Below, one piece after another: positions 49,363 to 57,235 of a stretch of DNA of 64,000 nt. The notes beneath the pieces are model-generated. The model was not told the origin of the DNA and did no database searches. It saw only the letters and a program-made list of their open reading frames with translations. How positions within the stretch are numbered: the stretch's first letter is position 1; every line of letters begins with the position of its first letter. Source of the DNA: Polyangiaceae bacterium (GTDB lineage: Bacteria; Myxococcota_A; Polyangia; Polyangiales; Polyangiaceae); the NCBI GenBank assembly GCA_965222375.1, contig CBDCTZ010000011.1, positions 288,001-352,000 of the forward strand. Direction: 5' to 3'. Position numbers and translations under genes: made by a program.

Positions 49363-50352
49363 ATGCCATCTAATAAAGTGTTTCGAAAGGCCGCACTCGA
49401 CCGACTCGCCTCGCCCGAGCAGCTGCACACGCTCATGCGGGTGACCGACGCCAAGGGTTGGCTCGCCCTGCTCGGCTGCGCGCTGATCATCTTGACGGCC
49501 CTGCTGTGGTCCATCTTCGGAACCCTTCAGACGAAGGTCTCTGCCAGCGGGATCCTCCTCAGCGGCGGCGCTCTCGCCGAGGTTACGGCGGTCAGCGAAG
49601 GCCAGATTGCGTCCGTCGAAATCGAGGCTGGCGACAATCTCAAGAAGGGCCAGCTGGTTGCGCGCATCGCGCAACCATTCCTAGAGAAAGACATCGAGAG
49701 CCTCCGGCGGCGCCTCGCGGAGCTGCCTCAAGCGCAGGACGCGGGGGTTGCAGGAGCTGCGGGTGCGTCCGCCGGCGATGCGCGTCGACGTCTCGAGCTC
49801 AAGATTGCAGGCCTCGAACGCCAGCTCAAGGCCAACAGCGCCCTGCTGAGCGCTTTGGACGGTCGCGTGGTGGAGGTGCGTGCGGCGGTGGGTGACCGCG
49901 TCGTGCCGGGCACGCCCATCGCTGCCGTCGAACGCTTGGGCCAAGAGCAGAAGCTCGAGGCGCTCCTCTACTTCGATTCCCATCGAGGCAAGGCAATGAA
50001 GCCGGGGATGGAAATCGAGCTTTCCCCGTCCGTGGTGCGCAAGGAGCGTCACGGCGTCTTGCTCGGCCGCGTGCGAAGCGTCGAAGACTTCCCGTCGACG
50101 CGGCGCGGGATGATGGGGGCGCTGCGCAACGAGCAACTCGTCGAGTCGTTCATCCAGGAGGCGGGCGGCGCGCCGATCGCCGTGCGCGCGGAGCTGATCA
50201 CCGATTCAACCACGCAAAGTGGCTTTCGCTGGTCGTCGGGCAAGGGCCCCCCGGTCGTGTTGACCAGTGGTACTCGCTTGGCTGGTGCCGTCATTACGCG
50301 AACTCAACGTCCGATCGCGCTGGTGTTCCCCGCGCTCGACTACGGCGGTTAG
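49363..50352 (+). CDS. NHLP bacteriocin system secretion protein (HlyD-like)
   Basis: FRKAALDRLASPEQL N-terminus, TM, lipoyl/coiled-coil region, SGFRWSSGKGP, RPI; ATG 49363. Confidence 0.92.
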   Translation: MPSNKVFRKAALDRLASPEQLHTLMRVTDAKGWLALLGCALIILTALLWSIFGTLQTKVSASGILLSGGALAEVTAVSEGQIASVEIEAGDNLKKGQLVARIAQPFLEKDIESLRRRLAELPQAQDAGVAGAAGASAGDARRRLELKIAGLERQLKANSALLSALDGRVVEVRAAVGDRVVPGTPIAAVERLGQEQKLEALLYFDSHRGKAMKPGMEIELSPSVVRKERHGVLLGRVRSVEDFPSTRRGMMGALRNEQLVESFIQEAGGAPIAVRAELITDSTTQSGFRWSSGKGPPVVLTSGTRLAGAVITRTQRPIALVFPALDYGG

Positions 50353-52542
50353 GTGGCGACACCCTCCGCAAAGCCCTCGGCCTCTGAAGCGCTCCGTTCG
50401 GTGCGCGTCCGCACCCCAACTCGGCTGCAAATGGAAGCCACGGAGTGCGGCGCTGCCGCCTTGGCGAGCGTGCTCGAATACCACGGCACCTTCGTGCCGC
50501 TGTCCAAGCTGCGTGAGCAGTGCGGTGTGTCGCGAGACGGCAGCAAGGCCAGCAATGTGCTGAAAGCCGCGCGCAAGTACGGGTTTACGGCCAAAGGGTT
50601 TCGCAAGGAGCCGGCGGAAGTCCGCGCGCTGCCGCTGCCGGTGATCGCGCATTGGAACTTCAACCACTTCTTGGTGGTGGAAGGGTTCAGCGCAAAGCGT
50701 GTCTACTTGAACGACCCGGCGTCCGGGCCAACCAGCGTCAGCGTGGAGGAGTTCAATCACGCCTTCACCGGCGTCGTTCTCACCTTCGAGCCGACCGAGG
50801 ACTACCAGCCGACCGGACGGCGCCCCTCGGTCTTCCGCATGCTGGCGCGCCGCCTTCAAGGGTCGAGCACGTCGGTGTTTTTCGTGGCGCTCGCAGGGCT
50901 GTGCTTGGTGCTGCTCGGCTTGGCCCTGCCGGTCTTTTCGATGGTCTTCGTGGACGAGGTGCTGGTCGGGGGACAGGTAGGCTGGCTGCCCTCGCTGCTC
51001 TTGGCGATGCTGTTGACGGCGGCAGTGTCCGCTGCGCTCACCGGCCTGCAGCGAAGCTACCTCTTGAAGCTGATGACGCGGCTAGGCGTGAAGATGTCTT
51101 CGCGCTTCTTGTGGCACTCGCTCCGGCTGCCCGTGGGCTTCTACCTAGCGCGCTCGCCTGGCGATCTCGCGGAGCGCGTTCGCTCGAACGAGATGGTGGC
51201 GCAGACGTTGTCCGGCCGCGTCTCTGGCGTCTTGCTCGATCTGGTGCTCGTCGGCTTCTACGCGGCCTTCATGCTCTACCTGGATCCATGGCTGACGCTG
51301 ATCGGCTTCGGAACCCTGGCCGCGCACATCTTGCTGCTGCGCGGCGCAGCGCGCATACGAACCGACCTCAGCCGACAAGTGGCTCAGCACGGCGGCAAGC
51401 TCGCTGGCGTATCGGCGGGTGGGCTGCAGATGATCGAAACGATCAAGGGCACCGGCTCGGAATCCGAATTTTTCGGCCAATGGGCAGGGTACCAAGCCAA
51501 GCTGCTCTCTGCCCAGCAGGCTCTGGCTCGCAAGGACCAGTACCTGCTGATCGCGAGCGACTTACTCTCACGCGGCAACTCGCTGCTAGTTCTGTCCGTT
51601 GGAGCGTTGCGGGTCATGGATGGCCACATGAGCCTTGGCATGCTGGTGGCATTCCAGGCCCTGATGGTGAGCTTCATCCAGCCTGTCGAGAGCTTGGCGG
51701 AGGTCGGCGCCGGGCTGCAGCAGCTGCGCGGGAACCTCGAGCGGCTCGACGACGTGCTCGGGCACGAACGCGACGAGCAAGTGCCCGAGGAGAGCGTTGA
51801 CGAAGCCGAGCCGCCAAGGCGACTGACCGGCCAACTGGAGCTCAAAGGTGTGACATTCGGCTACCTGCCGTTCTCCCCGCCCTTGGTGGATGACCTCGAT
51901 CTGCAGATCGCGCCCGGTCAGCGAATTGCGTTGGTGGGCAGCAGCGGCAGCGGCAAGTCTACCGTCGCCAAGCTGGTCTGCGGGCTGTACCCGCCGTGGC
52001 AGGGAGAGATATACTTCGACGGGGCGCCGCGCGACTCCCTGCCGCGTTCTGCGATCGCAGCTTCGGTAGCACTCGTCGACCAGGAGGTGACGCTATTCGA
52101 GGGCACGATCCGAGAGAACCTGACCCTCTGGGATGACACGGTGCCCGAGGCCGACGTGGTCCAGGCCGCGAAAGATGCTTGCATTCACGACGACATTGCC
52201 AGGCTTCCAGGCGGCTACAACGCGACCATGCTCGAGGGCGGCGCGAACTTCAGCGGCGGTCAGCGTCAGCGCCTGGAGATCGCTCGCGCGCTGGTGCGTC
52301 AGCCATCGTTGGTGGTTCTCGACGAGGCGACCAGCGCCCTCGACCCTGAAACCGAGCAGCGAGTGGACGCCAACCTGAGGCGGCGCGGCTGCAGCTGTCT
52401 GATCATCGCTCACCGCCTCAGCACCATTCGCGATTCCGACGAAATAATCGTTCTCGAATCCGGTCAGGTCGTTCAGCGTGGCTCCCATGAGGAGCTGTTC
52501 GCCGAGGGCGGCCTGTACCGCGAGCTCATCACGACTGGGTAA
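50353..52542 (+). CDS. NHLP-family peptidase-containing ABC transporter (C39 peptidase/permease/ATPase)
   Basis: QMEATECGAAAL (catalytic Cys), HWNFNHF, LNDPA, GSSGSGKS, FSGGQRQR, LDEAT. Confidence 0.95.
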   Translation: MATPSAKPSASEALRSVRVRTPTRLQMEATECGAAALASVLEYHGTFVPLSKLREQCGVSRDGSKASNVLKAARKYGFTAKGFRKEPAEVRALPLPVIAHWNFNHFLVVEGFSAKRVYLNDPASGPTSVSVEEFNHAFTGVVLTFEPTEDYQPTGRRPSVFRMLARRLQGSSTSVFFVALAGLCLVLLGLALPVFSMVFVDEVLVGGQVGWLPSLLLAMLLTAAVSAALTGLQRSYLLKLMTRLGVKMSSRFLWHSLRLPVGFYLARSPGDLAERVRSNEMVAQTLSGRVSGVLLDLVLVGFYAAFMLYLDPWLTLIGFGTLAAHILLLRGAARIRTDLSRQVAQHGGKLAGVSAGGLQMIETIKGTGSESEFFGQWAGYQAKLLSAQQALARKDQYLLIASDLLSRGNSLLVLSVGALRVMDGHMSLGMLVAFQALMVSFIQPVESLAEVGAGLQQLRGNLERLDDVLGHERDEQVPEESVDEAEPPRRLTGQLELKGVTFGYLPFSPPLVDDLDLQIAPGQRIALVGSSGSGKSTVAKLVCGLYPPWQGEIYFDGAPRDSLPRSAIAASVALVDQEVTLFEGTIRENLTLWDDTVPEADVVQAAKDACIHDDIARLPGGYNATMLEGGANFSGGQRQRLEIARALVRQPSLVVLDEATSALDPETEQRVDANLRRRGCSCLIIAHRLSTIRDSDEIIVLESGQVVQRGSHEELFAEGGLYRELITTG

Positions 52543-55457
52543 TGGCGATGAGCATGACACCCGAAGACATCGCTTGGCTGAAGCAGCACTTCGGTGAGCT
52601 TTGCGAAGAAATCGTGGTGGAGGGCGACGAGCCGCTGCTGCTCGATGACCCGGAGTTTGCCTACGTGACCCAGGCCCCGCAGCATCAGCTGTTTTGCGTG
52701 GGGTATCGCGATGGCGCCGCGGCGGGTCGACGCGAGCACATTGCGCTGTGCCGCCCGGGGCAGCTTCTGTTGGGGCTTGGCCCGAGCACGGGGGACCAAC
52801 CGACGGCGCTGCTTTTGTCGGGTATGGCGGGCAGTCATGTCCTGCGACTTTCTGCCAAGACTCTGTTCGAGGCGATCGCCGATCCTCGCGTGCAGCGCCT
52901 ATTCGATGGCTGGATCGAGCTTCTGGCGTCGACCGTGCCAGCCGCGCCCGTCCCGACTCGTTGCCGCGCGGTGACGGCCGGCGAGAGCTTGGCCCTTTCG
53001 GAAGCCGCGCCGCTCCGCGCAAAGCAAGGCATGGTGTGGGTCGAGCTTCCGCGCACACCGAGCCGTTACGGTGGTGTGGATCTCGACGAGCTGCAGCCGC
53101 CATCCGTGCATTGGCCGATCACGGAGACCGTGTGGGCGCTTGCCGAGGGCGGCGAGGTACGCGCGACAGGCAGTCGAGAGCTCCTCGACGCGTCGGCGAG
53201 CGGCGCTTTCGCACAGCCGTTCTACGACTTCATCGTCGCTTTGCTCGAGAAGCGTCGGGTTTCGCTCGAACGCGCGCGCCTCGAGCGCGACTTGGTCTCA
53301 CGCGAGGCCGAAGGCCGATTCGTATCCGATTCCTTGCAGAAGCTTGCGGCAGTTGGACGCGGCGAGCTGCTCCCGCCGGACGTCGGCCGCGGAGATTCAT
53401 TTCAACAAGCCTGTCGCACGATCGCGATCTGGCTCGGCATCGAGCCACCTCATGTGCCGTCTCCGGCAGGGCCAGCGCTCAGTCACATGCAAACGGCGCT
53501 CTCGCGCGTGACCGGCATGAGAATGCGCCCGGTGCTGCTCGAAGGCGCCTGGCACAAACACGATGCGGGGGCCCTGCTCGGCTTTGTCATGGAGGATGAA
53601 GACGAGCTCGTGCTGCACCCAGTCGCGCTACTGCCAACGCCAGGCGGCTACCAGCTCGATGACCCCAGCCAGGACGATGGGCGCCCGGTGACCGCTGAGC
53701 TGGCCGAGCAGCTTCACCCACAAGCCTATCAGTTCTATTGCCCCCTGCCCGATCGCCCACTGTCCCCCCTCGACGTGCTGCGTTTTTCGAGCCGCCGCGC
53801 GCTCCGGGATGTCACATTTGTGCTCGTTGTCGGCGCGGTGCTGGGCGCCCTCGGCATGCTGATCCCGCTGCTCACGGGTCATGTGGTCGACCATCTGATC
53901 CCCGGCGCCGAACGTGGCTTGCTGCTGCAGCTCACGCTGGTGCTGGTCTGCGTCTATCTCGGCCAGGCGCTGCTGGACGTCGCCCGGGGCCTGTCGCTGG
54001 TTCGCGCGCAAACCCGCATGGACGCAACCCTCGAGGCTGCGATCTGGGATCGCTTGTTGGGGCTTCCGCTACCGTTCTTCCGAAAGTACTCCGCGGGTGA
54101 CCTGTCCTCCCGGGCGGCCGGCATCGGCGCCATCCGCGAAGTGCTCGCCGGCACGACTCTGTCCGCGCTGCTCGGGGGCCTGTTCTCGATCTGGAACGTC
54201 GGCCTCTTGTTCTGGATCGATTCGCGCTTGGCGTTTGCAGCCACGGGGCTTGCCATCGTCGCGGCCATCCCAGCCGGGCTCGCGGCTCACTACGGCCTCA
54301 AGCAGGAGCGTCGGGTGGCCGACTACGATGGCAAGATCGGCGGTCTCCTGCTCCAGCTGCTGAGCGGCATCTCCAAGCTGCGCGTCAGCGGTGCCGAGAA
54401 TCGTGCGTTTGCCGTGTGGGCGCGTCTTTTCGCCGGGCGGCGGGATGCGGACTTGCGCGCAGAGTGGGTCAACGTGCGCGTTGCCGTGTTCCAGAGCGCG
54501 TTTCCGATCGTCTCCAGCATGGTTCTGTTCTGGATGCTCGCGGGTGGCGGGCAGCAGACGATCAGCACCGGGCAGTTCTTGGCGTTCAGCGCCGCGTTCG
54601 GCACTTTCCTGTTTGCCGTGCTGCACGTGATCGAGTCGGGGCTGGAATCGCTCTCGGTCATCCCGATGTACGAACGGGCCAAGCCGATCTTGACGCAGCC
54701 CGCGGAGAGCCACGGGGGCGGGCAGCGTGTCGAGCTCAGCGGAGACATCGAGGTCAACCACGTCTCGTTCCGTTACCACCCTGATGGGCCGCTCGTGCTC
54801 GACGATGTGAGCCTGCAGATCGGCGCCGACGAATTCGTTGCCTTGGTCGGTCCGTCTGGCTCGGGCAAGTCCACCTTGCTTCGATTGCTGCTCGGATTCG
54901 AAACCTGCACTGAGGGCGGCGTGTTCTACGACGGCCAGGCGCTCTCCAACCTCGACGTGCGGGTCGTCCGCCAACAGGTTGGAGTGGTGATGCAGAACAG
55001 TCAGGTGATGGCTGGCGACATCTACAAGAACATCGTGGGCAGCACCGGGCTCACCATCGATGACGCCTGGCGCGCTGCTCGTCAGGCCGCCCTGGCCGAA
55101 AGCATCGAAGCCATGCCCATGGGCATGCACACGGTCATCTCGCAAGGCGGCGGCACGCTTTCGGGAGGGCAGCGTCAGCGGCTATTGATCGCTCGTGCGC
55201 TGGCGGCGAAGCCGCGCATCCTCTTCTTCGACGAAGCTACCAGCGCGTTGGACAATGTGACTCAGGCGGCTGTGAGTCAGAGTCTCGAGAGCCTGCGAGT
55301 GACTCGTGTGGTGATTGCGCATCGCTTGAGCACGATTCGGCAGGCGGATCGGATTGTAGTTTTGGAGGCTGGGCGAGTCGTTCAGACGGGCCGGTTCGAC
55401 GAGCTGATGGCGGAGGAGGGACCGTTTCGAGTGTTGGCGGAGCGCCAGATGCTGTGA
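52542..55457 (+). CDS. NHLP-family ABC transporter permease/ATPase lacking the C39 active site
   Basis: Long N-terminal extension, TM domain, GPSGSGKS, LSGGQRQR, FDEAT; TAATG overlap with the previous gene. Confidence 0.93.
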   Translation: MAMSMTPEDIAWLKQHFGELCEEIVVEGDEPLLLDDPEFAYVTQAPQHQLFCVGYRDGAAAGRREHIALCRPGQLLLGLGPSTGDQPTALLLSGMAGSHVLRLSAKTLFEAIADPRVQRLFDGWIELLASTVPAAPVPTRCRAVTAGESLALSEAAPLRAKQGMVWVELPRTPSRYGGVDLDELQPPSVHWPITETVWALAEGGEVRATGSRELLDASASGAFAQPFYDFIVALLEKRRVSLERARLERDLVSREAEGRFVSDSLQKLAAVGRGELLPPDVGRGDSFQQACRTIAIWLGIEPPHVPSPAGPALSHMQTALSRVTGMRMRPVLLEGAWHKHDAGALLGFVMEDEDELVLHPVALLPTPGGYQLDDPSQDDGRPVTAELAEQLHPQAYQFYCPLPDRPLSPLDVLRFSSRRALRDVTFVLVVGAVLGALGMLIPLLTGHVVDHLIPGAERGLLLQLTLVLVCVYLGQALLDVARGLSLVRAQTRMDATLEAAIWDRLLGLPLPFFRKYSAGDLSSRAAGIGAIREVLAGTTLSALLGGLFSIWNVGLLFWIDSRLAFAATGLAIVAAIPAGLAAHYGLKQERRVADYDGKIGGLLLQLLSGISKLRVSGAENRAFAVWARLFAGRRDADLRAEWVNVRVAVFQSAFPIVSSMVLFWMLAGGGQQTISTGQFLAFSAAFGTFLFAVLHVIESGLESLSVIPMYERAKPILTQPAESHGGGQRVELSGDIEVNHVSFRYHPDGPLVLDDVSLQIGADEFVALVGPSGSGKSTLLRLLLGFETCTEGGVFYDGQALSNLDVRVVRQQVGVVMQNSQVMAGDIYKNIVGSTGLTIDDAWRAARQAALAESIEAMPMGMHTVISQGGGTLSGGQRQRLLIARALAAKPRILFFDEATSALDNVTQAAVSQSLESLRVTRVVIAHRLSTIRQADRIVVLEAGRVVQTGRFDELMAEEGPFRVLAERQML

Positions 55458-55552
55458 TCGTGCGGCGCCTTGGCAACCCGATGCGAGCCATCGAAAGCGC
55501 CTGAGCCCTGCGTGCGCTCGGAAGCCACATGCTTGGCTCATCCCAAGCCATG

Positions 55553-55592
55553 TGTTGTTTGGGGACTGTGGAGCTTTGTGGCTCCCAACTAC
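55553..55592 (-). repeat. Possible degenerate copy 7 of the dispersed repeat
   Basis: Minus strand GTAGTTGGGAGCCACAAAGCTCCACAGTCCCCAAACAAC: GTAG, a hairpin and a CCCCAAAC tail. Confidence 0.35.
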
Positions 55593-55661
55593 GCCGCGAC
55601 ATCCGGACCGCGGCACCAGTGATCGATTTGGTGGCGAGCCTGGCACGCTGCGTGCACGGTG

Positions 55662-55696
55662 TTGACAACAAACGAGTCGTGCTATTTGACTATGCT
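55662..55696 (+). promoter_or_regulatory. Possible sigma70-type promoter for the precursor B operon
   Basis: TTGACA at 55662 in an AT-richer patch. Candidate -10 elements (TATTTG 55683, TATGCT 55691) have non-ideal spacing. Confidence 0.3.
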
Positions 55697-55732
55697 AGGT
55701 AACAGTACCCGGCCGCCCAGGAGGGAGCATTC

Positions 55733-56077
55733 ATGTCAGTACAGACCGTCATCGATTTCATCACCAAGGTCGAGGAAGACCCCAAGCTCGCCGACGCCGT
55801 CGGAGAGGCAAAGTCCGAGAACCTGGAGCAGCTGTGCGATGTGGCGCGCAAAGCCGGCTTTGATTTCACAGTCGATGACTGGAAGACTGCTGTCACGCCG
55901 CCTGAATCCCGAGAGCTGGACGACGATGAGCTCGCCCAGGTGAGCGGTGGCGTCGACCCCCGCACAAAGCCGAGGAAGCAACTTCCAAGAACGCTCAAAC
56001 CCTTTGGCAAAACCATTGCCAACCCCAACGACCTCGCCAAAGGTTTGGATTGGTCGATTGGACGACTAACCGTCTAG
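55733..56077 (+). CDS. Nif11-like leader RiPP precursor B
   Basis: RBS GGAGGGAG. Leader MSVQTVIDFITKVEEDPKL...ARKAGFDFTVDDW...ELDDDELAQVSGG, then a 41-aa basic core. Confidence 0.92.
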   Translation: MSVQTVIDFITKVEEDPKLADAVGEAKSENLEQLCDVARKAGFDFTVDDWKTAVTPPESRELDDDELAQVSGGVDPRTKPRKQLPRTLKPFGKTIANPNDLAKGLDWSIGRLTV

Positions 56078-57148
56078 GTGAAGGCGTTGCACAGCAGTGC
56101 CGCAGCTCGGCCGAGAGCGGTGACCGAACAGCGCGGGCTCGAAAACCTGCTCGACCGGTACCTCCTGATGCGACGTGGCGAGTCTCTGTTGGTCGTCACC
56201 GACGCGGCCCTGCAGGGCCTGCTCGACGCGCTGAGCCCGATCTGCCACGCGCGCGGCATTGACCTCGCAACGTGGATCATCACTCCAGAAACCGCCTTCG
56301 ACATCGAGCGAATCCGCGCTGCCGACGCGGTCCTCTTGCTGCAACAGCACAAGAGTTTTTTCGGCTCGGAGCTCAAAGAGCTGCTGGCGCAAGAGCCGGG
56401 GCGCTGGCGCTTTCATCGACTCTTCGGTAGTTCGCCCCACACGCTCGCCCAGTCATTCAACGTACCGATGCCAGAACTGGAGGCGCTGAACGGAAGTGTT
56501 CTCAGCACGATAACGAGTGCTTCTCGCGTTGTCGTGACCAGTGCTGCGGGAACCGACCTTTCGTTTTGCGTGGCCCCAGGCGCCACCTGGACGTCCAACT
56601 TCGGCAGTACCGGTGGCAACTTGCCAGCGACGCTGCCGCCGGGAGAGGTGGCTTCCTACAGCACCACGGTGAGCGGGCGTTTGGTTGCCGACGGTAGCTT
56701 GAACGCGAACTTCAACTCGGTGCTGGCATTCGACGCTCGGCTCGGCCGAAACCCGATCACGCTAGAGCTCGAGGATTCACGTGTAACGTCCCATGCGTGT
56801 GAGCACGAGTCGATCGAGACCATGCTGCGAGACTTTTTCGCTTACGAGAACGCCGACCGTGTGGGCGAGATCGGTTTCGGGACCAATATCGGCATGGATC
56901 GGTTCGCAAAGAGCCCCTGCTTGGCGAACGAGCGTTGGCCAGGATTTCACTTGGGCCTCGGCGAGCACAACCAACCCTACAGCCGGGTCCTCTGGGGCTG
57001 CCCGCTCCACCTCGACTTGATCCTGGCCGCTCCGGTGATTCGCGCGGACGACACGGTGATCTTTGAAAACGGAAGCTGGGTGAGGAGTGCCCTGCTCGCT
57101 GCACCCGCAGAGGGCAGCGTCGAACTAGGACTGAGCGACATCGTATGA
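56078..57148 (+). CDS. M29-like (thermophilic aminopeptidase fold) metallopeptidase
   Basis: GTDLSF, LPPGEV, GEIGFGTN, NERxxGFHLGLG, HLDLI. Start uncertain. Confidence 0.78.
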   Translation: MKALHSSAAARPRAVTEQRGLENLLDRYLLMRRGESLLVVTDAALQGLLDALSPICHARGIDLATWIITPETAFDIERIRAADAVLLLQQHKSFFGSELKELLAQEPGRWRFHRLFGSSPHTLAQSFNVPMPELEALNGSVLSTITSASRVVVTSAAGTDLSFCVAPGATWTSNFGSTGGNLPATLPPGEVASYSTTVSGRLVADGSLNANFNSVLAFDARLGRNPITLELEDSRVTSHACEHESIETMLRDFFAYENADRVGEIGFGTNIGMDRFAKSPCLANERWPGFHLGLGEHNQPYSRVLWGCPLHLDLILAAPVIRADDTVIFENGSWVRSALLAAPAEGSVELGLSDIV

Positions 57149-57220
57149 AGGGGCCTGACGAGTATCTGAGTCGAATTCGACCTCAGCGACATCGTATGAC
57201 GAGGCCAGCCAAGTATCTGA
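57119..57220 (+). repeat. 51-nt imperfect tandem duplication spanning the peptidase stop codon
   Basis: GTCGAA...AGCGACATCGTATGA...GGCC...AGTATCTGA at 57119-57169 and 57170-57220. Confidence 0.8.
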
Positions 57221-57235
57221 TGGGCCCTGGCAGCG

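Noticed and set aside
57146..57220. Selenocysteine read-through fusing the peptidase and radical SAM
   Set aside because: TGA is the commonest stop in GC-rich DNA, two of the four arise from the duplication, and no SECIS-like hairpin was evident.
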